Shown: in pieces, positions 1 to 13,726 of the stretch | How positions within the stretch are numbered: position 1 is the first letter of the stretch | Layout of the letters: each line of letters opens with the position of its first letter | From: Bugula neritina | Taxonomy: Eukaryota > Animalia > Bryozoa | DNA: 64,000 nt | Assembly (NCBI GenBank): GCA_964035545.1 | Contig: OZ037768.1 | Coordinates: 7,410,741 to 7,474,740, forward strand | Direction of reading: 5' to 3' | Made by a program: the position numbers and the translations under genes | Notes under the pieces: model-generated | Told to the model about the DNA's origin: nothing | Database searches by the model: none | What the model saw: only the letters and a program-made list of their open reading frames with translations

Positions 1-3000
1 TTAAAGTCTGAAATTTTAAACATTTATATAACTGAACAATGGTTTTACATTATGTTATATTAAATATCCGGCTACTGTCATGGCTACAATTGATTTCTCG
101 TTTTTCATTCTTATATTGCACAAAGTTCTGGTTGCCGCAGAGGTTACTGTTATGGAAGATGTCATTTGAATCAATGACATCTGAGACAATGGGTTTAAAT
201 TAATTCATAAGTTTATTGGACAATAATTTGTGGTATTCATATGATCCATGTCGCCAAACCTTATTCCACGGGCCCATCACAAACAAGTACAACTGTTTTT
301 TGCTCTCTGCTAATATAATAATCATTTTTAAATTTACATAATGAATGATAATCAGCCACATGCTCTGTCCAAACCTACCCTCGTACTCAAACTGCACCCA
401 GAAGTAAACTGCTACACTGAAAATCTGTACAGTTTATTAATATATTGAATATTTTTGTGAGCTGGCATGAAAATATCTTAATTTCGAACCAACCTTTTAT
501 GACTGCTGATTTCTAAATGTTTGATTATCATTTAATCATGGATTTTCACACCCTTTATACTATTTTCATGCAATTTTAAAATGTAGAAGTATTTCCGATA
601 ATAAGTAAAGTGCAATTGGGATTTGTCAATATGACTTGCTATAAAATGGCTTTCCATGTATTCTCTTAGATTCCTACAAGCATACAGATTTTAAAGATAT
701 TCTGTCAGATCTATGTAATTACATTTTAAGGAAACCCGTTTTCTTTTTAAATACTGACTTTCTCATGAACATCATTAGGTCAACTTAAACTATATAAACC
801 ATAATAGCAACATGCCACTCAATTTTCAAGTGTTTCCGTTATCTACCTACTAAATTATTACACTTGTGTTATATCACTCTAACTTTAAATCATTATTAAG
901 CAATTTTGTTTTTATAACAATTATTTGGAGCATAATCTAATTACTTTAAAGAAAAAAATCCACCCAGAAATTAAACTTCTACTTCCAGCTTTCTTTGCTG
1001 CATAGTATGCTTTCGAGTGTAGTTTCTGGATTAATTAATGGAAATGTAAATATTTTAAGATCAAGGATAAATTAGAATAGGAAATTATGTTTTAACAACC
1101 ACTCCCATATTAGCCGCACCTAATTGTATGCAACCATGCAGCCAACCGTGTACAGCACAGTTGGTGGTTGTGGAGAAGGGAGTTGTCTTGCTCTACACTC
1201 TCTGAGCAGTTGAAACAGAGACTTTCTGTTGAATATTCTGTGCAAATTTTGCATTCAAATGTGAGTCATGAGAAACATGTGTACTATAAGTGGTCATATC
1301 ATTAGAGTATATAATATAAAAGTTTCCTGTCCTCTCTACTTCTCTCTGACCAATAATATATAGGAAATTTCCTTTATCTGCAGAAAAAGAAAATAAGCTA
1401 CAAGTTAATGTTTATGTAAAGTTTGAAAGAGTTATTGTTAGACTATTGTTTTTATTGATCATTAATTTTTTTTGCAGTTTTTATGTTTAATATACTGCTT
1501 ATACAATGTTGACTGTAATGTAAACAAACTCCAAATATTAGTAGCAGTGAAGTTAATAAAATATGGTTTGAATATAGGCATTCAGTTTGACCATTTGCTG
1601 GCAACATAATAAACCTTGTAGTAAATTAATATAAACACCATCCCTGGTATTGCTGTTTCTAAACTTGCGTAATCTTATTAATACCAGTTGAATAATAATG
1701 CAGAAAACAAAATTATGTCTTTTTTTCTAGAAAAATTGAGTCCTAATAACATTATAATTAGCTTAACGTAAAGTACCCTCTCCTCAGGTGACATGAAATT
1801 CAAGTTTAAGTTATAGTATTAAAATTTATATCATGTTATCATATGATAAGAAATGTCCTAAGTTAATTTATTTTATTTCATACTTTTTCAGAGAGTAATT
1901 ACTAATTATATCATATACAGAGTAACTTCCCTTTCAATATAGATTATTTTGTTGGAATATAGTATCAATAATTTTAATTTGTAAACATTTTTGGACTTGG
2001 TTTATGGTATTGAAAAGGCAAGCCTGGATACTTTCACTACTGTAGACTGGTTAGTGATTATGTAGAAAACGGGAATAAAATGTTATTTATTGTTTCATTA
2101 TTGATGGCAACAATTAAACTTAAACTCACCGATGTTTTTCATGCTTCAGCAATTTTCAATCAGTAGCTTCAAATAATGCCTTTTTAATGATTTAAAAGTA
2201 CGAGGATTCTTAATTACCTGTTTATGGTTATGACCAGACATTATGCAATGTGTAGTGTGTGGAAATTCGTTTAATTGTATTAGACTTGAGTTTTCTCCTG
2301 TGTCATTGTATATTTTTCTTGCTACGCTACCAGATATTTTATTACCCCCTAGTTGAAACATTTGCCAATGTGTTACTGTATAGCTAAATACTGTGATACT
2401 CCTGCAATGCTTGCTTCTAGTCCAGGAAAATGTCAATCAAGGAACTTATATAAATAAAATTTTATCATAAATCTCTCATCTCACATGAAAAAACACTTGG
2501 CTTATTGCAGCTTTACGACAGTGTATTGTTTTAAGCAGTTCCATAGAATTATTTAGTAAATTTTTATTTTAATCAATTATTTTTTACTAGTATATAATTT
2601 TAATGTATTTTGCTTTTAGTTCAGATGTTACATTATTATTCCTTCTTATAAATAGTTTTCTTGAAGCTTCTGTTTAGTATTGGTGTCAATCAAATTATGC
2701 ACTCTTGAAACTCATTCTTAGTTAGACTTAGAGTATTTTGACACAAGAAACCAAGACATATCTTGAGTTGGTTGGAATTTACCTTTGCCATCAATGTAAT
2801 AATAATGGGTGTAGTGCTTCATCGTCATACTGATCTAAATGCAAATCAAGGTGTAGTGGAAGGTTAAAGAGACCCACATAGCTCTTCTTTGAAGACTTCA
2901 TTACAATAAACTCATATACTGGCCTTGTCTGTGCTGTTTACATTGCACTATACTGTGTACGGTGTCTTGTTTCTTGTCAAATTTTTGTCTAAAATTTTAA

Positions 3001-3025
3001 AATACATATTTTGCATTCTCTGTAG

Positions 3026-3065
3026 ACGAGATGAGTTGGTGCACGGAGAACATTCCCAAGTCAGA
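3026..3065 (+). other. Candidate 40-nt upstream exon, possibly of the KLF gene
   Basis: Polypyrimidine acceptor ttttgcattctctgtag (AG 3024-3025) and consensus donor gtaagta (3066) around a more GC-rich 40-mer. One frame (RDELVHGEHSQVR) is open and ends in phase 0, compatible with the KLF acceptors at 10580 or 10913. Confidence 0.35.
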
Positions 3066-6000
3066 GTAAGTACAAAGCTTTCTTTTTATAAATGTTGTTA
3101 AATGATTCAAAAGATAAAGCTATAAATTATGATAATTTTACTAGAGAATGAGTTAACCTGATATTATCATGTTCACAAACAAAAGAATTACGTACTTGCA
3201 TGGCACGTGACAAAGCCAGGGTGATGTTTAAAGTAGTTAGGATATATTTTTAAAAATTATGCAATAATCTTATGTTTAAGTTGTCATTTCCTGGATATTC
3301 TGGGTTACTTATATTTTGTCACCAGTGGTAATTTCCTGCTGAAAAGTAATAGTAATGATCATTTTCAAGTCTATCTAATTAATGAGGGACATTCATTTAT
3401 TTTAATGGTTTAAAGTAAGTATTGTGTGTTGGGCCAATCCCCTCCCCCCCCCATCTATCCCTAGACATTTGGCAACATAGCATAGTAAGACAAGCTCATT
3501 TTTCTTTTTATGAATACAAGCAAATTTTTAATATTGTAAGTGAGATTTTTATGTGACATCTTAGACATTAAAGATTCAAATTTTTGTAAAATTAATCAAT
3601 GGGAAACATTTTACTTCCAAGCCTATGGTAACATTTTCTACTGTCTAAACTGGCATCATTCTAGAAAATAATGAGTTATAAGTAATTTAACCAATTTAAT
3701 CTAATAGCCACCAGCAAAGTTGAAGGAGTTGGGCTACGTTTTATTGGTCATGATCTTCCCAGACATTTTGGTGTTAACTTTAAACTCTAGTCACCAATTG
3801 AAATATTTAATTACTCAACAGTCAGTAATTATTGCAACCAATTAGTCCTCAGGGAACATGCTAATTTTTATTTGCTAATGACTAGCTCTAATCAGATTTG
3901 GAAGTTAATGTTTACCATAAGCAATTATGGATAAATTTAGTCGAAGCATTAAATATGTATGCTTTTGCAAATTAGCATTTCTGTAATTTTCTTAGCTGAA
4001 TCTTATTTAAACAACCAGCAAACAAAAAAATGCATTTTCAGCTAACTTCCAGGTTTAACTCTACTCCTCATTAGACCCTCCATTCTCTACAGCTCCTTAG
4101 CATCAATTTTAAATGTCCACCTATTGCTCCGCAGAAACTAATAAATATATTCCATCAAAATGCAATCCGTCACAACAACTGACAGCAGTTCTGTCACTTA
4201 ACTTCCCCACTCTTTATTCAATTATTCATTAACTGTATTTAATCATTGTTATTTAAATTTTTATTCATCACTGGCTGCTAATCCTAAAATGTCTTTGAAA
4301 CCAGAGTTGAGCAATTTACCATTTTTTGTTTCAGGTTTTCACAGTTTATTGGCAAAGCCAAGACTCTGCATGTCACATGACAAGTGGGTTTTAGGTGAGG
4401 TTCTGTGTACAGTCACTGCTTGTCATGTACTTTATGAATATTTACAAGTGTTGGCTGTCTGTTTTGTGATATATGAAAGCTCTCAGGGTAGCTATGTGTA
4501 TTATCCACTTGTACTTCACCATCATTAGTGTCTTTTTACAGTTATATACTCTTTTTACTGCTTTTGTGTTTGTAAGTATTATTTATATGTTGATACAACT
4601 TACGACCAAGATTGTGCTTTTTTATTATAAATTTAATGAATTTGCTTGGTCATGTTGAATTAGTTTTAAGAAGTTCTAAAAATGAAATTATTAGCAGATT
4701 CTTACTTTCACCTTTCTGAGAGAAAAAGCACTTTTCAATATGCGTTTTATAAATTATGTTTCCAAACTTGCTATTCCAGGGAGTTTGGGATGCTTCTCCA
4801 GTTCCATGGCATTATGTAAAATAGCTCAGCCTGTTGAATCACATTTAGGGGTGATGGTTCGGGTAGCTGTCTATTTTTAGATCAGTTTTATTTTAAACTA
4901 TTGTTTACCGAAATATCTATTTTTGGCTGTTCATCGGTGTGGAAACTAAAAGTTTAAATTTTGAAGGTGCTAGCCAAACTTGACTTGTAGCTTGGCAAAG
5001 TGAAAGTGTTACACCCTGTATTTGTGTATATATTTCAGTAGTGTTATGCAATTTCCATCCCTGCTAAGTATTCAGTTGTATTGTGTTACTTCCAGTGTAT
5101 TTTCTGTGAAAGTGTAGCTCTGATATATACATTAAATACAAGCTTTTAATAGTTCAAGTTCAATTAATAAGAGTTTTTTTAAATATTGTCTCTATTTACT
5201 GGTCATGATCTTCATAGTTTATAAACTATCCATTAACTAAGAACAACCTTGTAGTATTTCATAATCTAATATAGGTAGGATTTTTTTCATATTTTAGATT
5301 TTCAAGCTCTTCACAAATTACCATAACTGAAGGTCCAGCCAGCCTTTGCATAGCCACACTCAAAGACATAATTGATGAAATGTGTACTCAGCACTTTTTG
5401 GTTATAATTACAATGGAGACACTATGTGCATACAGCCGTAAAGTTGTTTCCATCAGTGCAATAGCTGTCAAACACTTCATAGTTATGCAAATATATTCTG
5501 TCATCATTGATGGAATTTATCAGTTGGTGTTAGATCAGTATCTGTTAATTTTTACAGTTAATAACTAATTTCTATTGACAGGTTTTGTCTTGTAGCAATC
5601 GTATTTCACCTTCAAGTTGTTTTCAAGTACTCAACCATTATTAGCTGTTGCAAATACTGCAGTTTAGTGTCATATTCCTAAATGTTTTTATATAAATTGT
5701 ATTTCATTTACTAGGCCTTCATATGGTAATTTGGATTTTTCTCCCTTCGTTGTTTTTTACAATGTGTAGGTCACACCCATGTTTTCTTCCGTACCATAGA
5801 ATAGTGTATAATCCAGCTATACCGTGTATTATATGATTATGCACAAATAGTAGTTGTAAATATTTTTTTAACGGTTTGCAATTCCTATGTTAATTGATCA
5901 TAAAAATATAGTCATAAAGCAAATTAAGCGTTCTACAATCATAACTTAACTCTATAATGTATATACAGCTATGTTTACCTTAGCCTCAGTATGTAGTTGT

Positions 6001-9000
6001 GATTTGTGGCTCGGGTGAGTCCTTTCCACTCACTTGGATTTCCCTTCAGAAGGTCTGTTATTGCAGTGGATAAGGATTTACATTACACCATTAGGTAATT
6101 TAGTGTAAGTTGTAGGCAGCTGCAGGTAAACATTTTTCTTCTCTGTTGAACATTAAGAATTTAATAAATCTCACAGTCTCCTTTAGAAGCATGAACTTTG
6201 AATAAACCTGCCAAAAAGTAACTAATAGTTCATTTTTCTGGTCTAGGTTATCAATTTTTTATAAATTCTTTAAATCTAATCTGATAAGCCATTAGCTGCT
6301 TTTATTAATGCCATTGTCAGTCATTGGTAGAATGACTTTTTCCTTTTAATTAAAGTTTTCATTAAGTTTTCTATTAATTGTTAAGTCACAACTTGCACTA
6401 ATTGCCATTTAATGGTATTATTATATCAATATATTCTGATTCATGATAAAAGATGTCTTAACGATATGCAATACTCACCCTAGACGAAATCCACAAAACC
6501 TTCATTTGCATACATGCATAAAATGATTACAAAAACTGATGAATATTTGAATAACAATAACTTAATAACAATTAAATGCATTTGCTAGATTGTGGCTTTC
6601 TAATTATAGTGACAAACATTTTTTTTGTAATTTTAACTATTAAATGTGTTGGCAAATTGATGGCTCCTCCCTAACTTAATAGCAATATATGCAAGAAACT
6701 GGTATAAGTCGCTACCACTTTGTATAAAATTATCAAATTAAAAATTTGTAATTACACTGATAATAATACAACAGAAAGCTAATATGTAGAACGATTTGGA
6801 ATGATCACTATATTATAGTGATCATATATATAGTATTGTATATATACTAAACTCCCATATAATCAAAAATAGTATCTTATGATACATAATAATAGTATAC
6901 ATCAATTTAAAATAGTAGCACACGTATGCATTAAGTGTAAACAGCCGGTCAATAAAAGCTTGCTTGTATTTAATTAGTTTTATTAATTCTGCAAATGCTT
7001 ATCGAAATAAATTGACTGCTTTCAATTGTGCCTTTGGGCCTTACTAAAACATTTCGCCTTGTATTCTTATTTTAAAAACGCATATCATTTTTTGTTGTAG
7101 AATGTAAAATAATATGCTTTCTAATACAATATATTTGTTTGTTCAGCAACAGACTTAAAGTAATTATTTTCAATAGATTACAATAATTTGTAAAAATAAA
7201 ATTAAACAAATCACTGCATCTCACCAATAACTGGAGACACTTGCAATGTACACTCTAACCATTATATTTTAAATCTTACAACATGTTTTATGCTTAGAAT
7301 GTATTACATTATTTATAATAGCTCACCTGTTCTAAGCTATCTTTTGGGTACCATGTTCTGTAAAAATAAACTATATTTGTATACACAGATTTCAACATTT
7401 CCCACTTTTGTTCAAATTAGGCAGTTCATTCCTTAATTAGTTGGTTTGTCTAATTCAAAGTTCACACTGTTGAATATTTCATCAGCTGTCATGCAATTAT
7501 ACTACATTAATATGTATAAAAACCCAGGGCCAATGTCCCTTGCCTAGTGAACAATGGCTATCAACGTTAGCTAAGAGTATTTTGCATATACCCTCCAGTT
7601 ATTATCTTTACGCCTATTATTATAAAATATGCCATGTATTGCTGCCAATTATGCTGACTCAAGTTTGTGAGCTCTCCCGCTTCTGAAATGCTTGAACAAT
7701 TATTCAATTTGCACTCAGCAAGTGAAATAAGTTGTGTTATTATTTAGCATCAACAATTATTAAAATAATGTATATGTCATCATCATTTATTAAAACTGAA
7801 TATAACTAGTGTATTTCTTTGTGTAATTTCTTTTTAAAGTGAAATTGTAATTCAAGCTTCAAAGTCATTTATTTTTTGCATTTAAACTATGCTGTCCGTC
7901 TAATTGAAAACCCATTTTTTAGTTTATTATATTCATTGCAAACCAATTGCAAAGCTACTTCATTGCACATTTATAACACATGAAAAATTACAACTGTACT
8001 GCCTTTTTCTATAGTCAATTATTATAGGTTCTACCCATTTTCAAAGTGAGCAAGTTGATTAAAAATCATTATGCATTAAATGGTACTGAAATAGCTGTAA
8101 ATGTATATATTTAAGTCAATTGAAAGTATATGCAGCTGCATAACATTATAGTTACTTCATGGGTACCACCCAAGGTACACACCCATGTATTTTACAGTTT
8201 CATCAAGTAGCTAGCCAGCTCCTTGCTGAGGCATGTTACCTGGTCAAATAGGTGTAGCATATAAATATATAAACAATAAATAAACAAAATTACCACAATG
8301 CTAGCATAGTCAAGTACAATCTTTAAAATATTAGATCAATTAGATGTGTTTACATTGCACATAAAAAGTTAACAAAGTGTAAATAGACATTCACTAACTT
8401 AGGTTTAAAGCTAACTGGAGTCAACGATGTTAACATAAAAACAGTTTTTCTCTCAGCTAGGGCATTTATGAATTATAGTACTAAATTCTTAACTTTTATT
8501 TTTATTAAAGCCTTATGACCGGCTCTGAGATAAAATGGTTGACAGAAGTTGTCTTCTTCCCACAATTAATATCTAATACTTATAGAGTGAACAGTGAACA
8601 CCCAACTACATTACCCTTGCAACAACCAGCAATGTCCGCACAGTATGAATGCTCATAAAGCGGTTTGACAAGGCCTTACAGACTTCTTTTATCTAGATAG
8701 CTTGTAGCTCTAGTAAGGAAATTCAAGACTAGAGATCTCAGTGAGTTTTGTCTGGAGGCAGAAGAAAGGATAGGTATTATTCTAGTGCCTGCGCTTAGTG
8801 TCATTGGCTTGTGTCATTCAAATCCTTTTAAGAGAAAAATATTCGATTTAATGAGAAGTGCTTTTCTTTTATTGTTCCATCAGTGTTCAGGCATATATCT
8901 AGTTATTAATGATATATTATAGCCAACAAACTATAATTTTTATATAAATATGAATTGAGAGCATCTAGTGCAGCTTGTCTTAAAACTTTTCGATTCTTTT

Positions 9001-10582
9001 TAGTTGCTTGTTATGATTGTTGACATAAAATTTAAAAAAAATGTAGATTTATAAATATACAGTGTTTAGTTATTGTATAGTAGTAGCATAATATATTTGA
9101 TATTTTATTTTACTGAGAGTATTGCTGATAGGTTATTCTTCAATTAATTCACACATTATGATTACAGTTTGTGGTTTTTAGCATTTGGGCTATCTTCTAT
9201 TTGAAATAAAATTACCAAAACTTTCTAAGTTACTAAAAGCAACTTAGAAAGCTTACAAAAACAACAATATTCAATTTTTTAATTACATTCTTGTGTCTTC
9301 TCCAGAAAGTAATGTAATGTAAAGGGTTTTATAGGAATCCCATTATGAATTAAATAGTTTGAGAGCACCAGTAATGCACTATATACAGCTACATTTATCA
9401 ACATGAAAATGTTTGGGTATCAAGAATAACTTCAATTGTATTTTTCTCTCTACTTCATATATCTATCACTTTTAAAATATCGCAATAAATAGTAACATCC
9501 TATCAAACATCTATTTTTATTTTATTTTATTTTCTATTTTGTTAAGATTATCATTGTTGTTGTTTAACTGCTATAAATCATAACATGCTGAGATAGAATC
9601 AGCAGTATATCATTGCAGTTGTATTCCACTTAGTCATTGTTTGTTCTTAAGTACACACTGATATATTGACTTAATCCGCACAGGAGATATCTAAAGGAAA
9701 CAGTCAATTGGATGAAGTAGAAGTACGTCATTCCCATCCGTTGTTTGTTTTGTCACTAAGATATCTTGAATAACAGCCTGTCATCATTATAAAGATTAGG
9801 CATTTAGTATTAAGCAGATATTTTTAGCGCACAGGTAGATTTTGTGATTTCAGAGCAGCAGCTGGGCATTCATTTTCTGGCCTTAGCAACTTCCTGATCA
9901 TTTGACCTATGAACTCTAAAGAAGATACACAGGTATTCCAGTAACCTCTCCCACACTATTAATAGTCTAATAATTGTTGATTAATAATCTGTTATTTGTT
10001 AGCCAAACTTTCAATTGAATCCAAGATAATTTTACCTCAAACATAGGCACTAGTTGCAAATTCACTCTGTAAAAGATTACTTTACTGTAAATTATTTGTT
10101 GAAGGTAAAAACAGCTCGCTGCTTAACAAGAATTAATGTTAAATAGATGCTGGTACTCTCAATTTAGTTTAAAAAACCTTTAGAGCATTGACACCAATAT
10201 TCTAAAGACAAGATTTTATTTTCAGCCTCTGATTATTATCTATTTATCATTGCATTTATTAGTCCCTCTGGTGGCATATTACAACTCTGGTGTTAAATCA
10301 ATAATTATTTATAAGGTTTTTATATTTAAAATGATGTGCTTACATTTCTACTGTAAGATAGCAAAGCATAATATTACTACTGGCACATTGTCTACCAGTC
10401 CACTAGGTCTTATAGTTTATATAGTAATCTATTTTTAGATGCTTCTCAGTGATTGGCTAGATTAGCCAATGACGTTAAGTTTAGTGAACTATTTGATCTT
10501 CAACATGGATGAACAAGAAGCAGACAGATGAATATATTCACAGAGTTTGACATTGCTGTGTTCAGTCTGCATGCTGTAGGCA

Positions 10583-11248
10583 ATGGATCTAGATTCAAAT
10601 TACTTCTCAAACACTGCACTCAACTTCGATTTTACAAGCACAAAGGTATGGCTCTGCTACAATAGTTTATTATTTTTAGACAATTACTTTCTTGCCATGT
10701 GCTACTGTCAATGTCAATGATAGGTCTTATGTATACCTTGCAGTGGTGTCAAGTTTGACATTTCATGTTTGAAACATTCAGTTTGAATTGTAGACATTAA
10801 AACTTACAGCTTAAAAGCTTACAAATTATCTGAATTGCTAGCTGCTGTCTGAGTTTCCAATGTCCAAGTGACATGTAAATGAGTAAGTATGAATTATGTC
10901 TTTTTACTACAGATTGACACACAACAGCAAGCACTGTCTACATCTGCTACCAAACCTGGTTCTGTAGACTCAAGTCCTGTTTGCCCAGATAAAGACGACT
11001 TGCGGACACAACTGTTGGAAATAGATATGGATTTTCTCACATCCATGTTTGGTGATGAAGTGCCAAACAACACAGGAAAGCTACTTCATGTCAAGTCTGA
11101 GCCTGTTAACTACGACAGCTACTGTAACTCCTCAGTCAGTGAGTTGCCCCCTGATATCGACGTGAAGCTTGAACATACTTTCCCAGATATTCCAAAATAT
11201 GCTCAAGACTGTCAGCTGCAACAGATCCAATTACAACATCACCATCAG

Positions 11249-11283
<35 letters not shown>

Positions 11284-12121
11284 GCAGCAAAAGACGCAGC
11301 AAGACAGTCGACATCATATAGCCCAACCACATTTAGTTCAGCATCAAAGTCAGCAAAGACATCAATTGCATCATCAGCAATCATCCCAGCAGCACCAAAG
11401 GTTCAGAATGAGACTTGATCTTCAGATGCAGATGCCAGTTTCACAGTCAGCTCACAGTACCGGACCACACACGGCTCCCGTCATGATGTCTAACAGTCAC
11501 AGTCCAACTAACAATGGATATCTGACGGCTTACAGCGCGACCTCTCACCAACGGCATCTTGCACAATACCAGCCGACAGTGCAGTCTCCATCTGATCTGT
11601 ATGAAATTCAGCAGCATCAACAACAAACCAACATCCCTCCACCTCCACCTCTACACCAGAATGTTCCATACCCACAATTTGTACAGCAACAAATGCAAGC
11701 TTACCACCAAAACCAGATGCAGCAGTATCACCAACAAGCCATTCCATCAGTTGGAATTGTTACTCCACCAAATTCACCTCCCTTTTACATGCATAGCGTG
11801 TCTGTAGATACAGCATTGCCAAGAAAGCGTGGTCGCCGAGCCTGGGCTCATAAGAAAGTTGTTGTTCACCCTTGTCCCCATAAAGGATGCGGCAAGCAGT
11901 ATAGTAAATCATCACATTTAAAGGCACATTTACGTACACACACTGGAGAAAAGCCGTACGTGTGCAGTCATCCTACATGTACATGGAGATTTGCTAGATC
12001 TGACGAACTTACTAGGCATTTCCGAAAGCATACTGGTGACAGGCCATTTAAATGCACTCTGTGTGAAAGGGCGTTTAGTCGAAGTGACCATTTGAGTTTG
12101 CACATGAAGCGACATAACTAA
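10583..12121 (+). CDS. KLF2/4: Kruppel-like factor, KLF1/2/4 subgroup; exons 10583-10645 and 10913-12121
   Basis: Three C-terminal C2H2 fingers ([47 protein letters not shown]) preceded by basic RKRGRRAW, similar to KLF2/4 KRGRRSW. A phase-0 GT-AG intron at 10646-10912 joins [21 protein letters not shown] to IDTQQ. The N-terminus may extend upstream via the acceptor at 10578-10579. Confidence 0.9.
11246..11290 (+). repeat. Coding CAG/CAA repeat (15 Gln) in KLF
   Basis: Mixed CAG/CAA codons translate as an uninterrupted Q15 within a Q/H-rich region. Confidence 0.95.
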
Positions 12122-13127
12122 ACAACATTATTTATTGTAGATTTAGAAATTTTTTACACAACTCTATTGAAACTTTTATATTGTTTTTAGTAAGCTGGAC
12201 TTACTGCACAAAAATTGGTTGTAAATAAGTGGTGCTTCACTTTTAATTTTTGTTTGTGGAAAAGTTATGGTTGTAAGAACTAGTAAAGGGGATCATAGCC
12301 TTGTGAAGGTCGTGACAGCCGGTCTGTCACCAAGTTATACACTTGATAATAGATAATTATTTTTCTACACTTATTATTGGTATTTTTTACGTAATCAATC
12401 AAATTTATACTGTAGACAATTTCATTGCACAGTGCTTGATTATAAATATAAACTGAACGTCTGAGCTAAAATGCATTTTAAAAATATATGTTCTGTTATT
12501 AATGGGCATTATGGCACATTACACAAGCCCATATTCCTAGGCATACAATATCTATCACATATTGTGCATGCATACACATGTATAAAGTGTAATGATGTCT
12601 TAGAACCAAATAGCATACACAAAAAGCTAGAACTTCAATCCTAAACCATATAACAAGTTTCAAATCATAAAATTAATGATAGAAGGCACCACTTGCACAT
12701 TTTATACTTAAGCTTTTACATAAGGAAAACAGTTGAATTCAAGTACAGCTACATACATAGAAATACACACTGAAGCATGTTGTCATAGCAAAATAACAAT
12801 AATTAATTAACATTTTGTCCACACAGATATGCTTTATGATACATCACACATACATTACTATCACACAATGAAAGAATTACTTGTCCTAGCTTCATACCAT
12901 CTATTAAACTAATTTGAATAATACGCCTATATAAAAGTTTTTTGTCATACTAATTGTATACTTAAGATATTTTCTTTGGTACACATGAGTAAAGATATGT
13001 GTATATAAAACAAGCAAACTGGAGAATGAAAAATATAATATGTAAATTATGCATATCTATACAATTATTTAGAAGTAATTTATTTTGCACTAATAAAGTT
13101 GCTTATAACTGCAATACATACATACAT

Positions 13128-13133
<6 letters not shown>

Positions 13134-13201
<68 letters not shown>
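13134..13201. repeat. (TA)n microsatellite
   Basis: Long perfect TA dinucleotide run seen directly. Confidence 0.95.
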
Positions 13202-13207
<6 letters not shown>

Positions 13208-13404
13208 ATAACGTGTCCTACAATCCAAATGCCTGCAGAAATTATTCTACTAAAGCTAGCAACTAAAATAAACAAGTAAAAAACACATAGCAAATTTTTA
13301 TGATGAAGCACGAGCCTTTACTTTGTTAGTTCAATTTATTCTTATTCTAGCTCAATCACAACAAATTTAAAACATATGCAACTTGACTGTTTTCATACCA
13401 ACTA

Positions 13405-13452
13405 GCAGTGGCTCAGTGGTTATAGCACTATTGTAAGTAGGCTCGAACCCTA
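13405..13452 (+). mobile_element. Degenerate tRNA-derived SINE head (Pol III A/B boxes)
   Basis: A-box-like TGGCTCAGTGG (13409-13419) and B-box-like GGCTCGAACCC (13440-13450); spacing is too short and there is no cloverleaf. Confidence 0.4.
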
Positions 13453-13726
13453 GATGGTATGAAAATAATACATTAATAATTGCGCACAAAAGTCAAGTTC
13501 CTAGCCTACTCCTATTATCAGGGTTTCTCGCAAGTCTTTTTTATTATATTATAGTTTGGTGGTGGACAACTCTGAAAAGAAACGTCACGATGGCAGGGCC
13601 ATGACCTAGTCTTAGGGTGTTAAACGTAATTTTACGTTTTCTAATAATTGTGGGTCCAAGTATTTATTTAAAGCTGATGAGGTAACCTTATTCAGAATTT
13701 AGTCTATATAATAACTTAGTTAAACG

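Noticed and set aside
1-10400. CACCC-box cluster suggesting KLF autoregulation
   Set aside because: I counted about 13 CACCC/GGGTG sites by eye in 10 kb, but the CLP1 region shows a similar density, so there is no evident enrichment.
11136-12115. Antisense and alternate-frame ORFs over KLF (and similar short ORFs over the RT, Tc1 and TPR genes)
   Set aside because: Shadows of real coding sequence with no independent signals.
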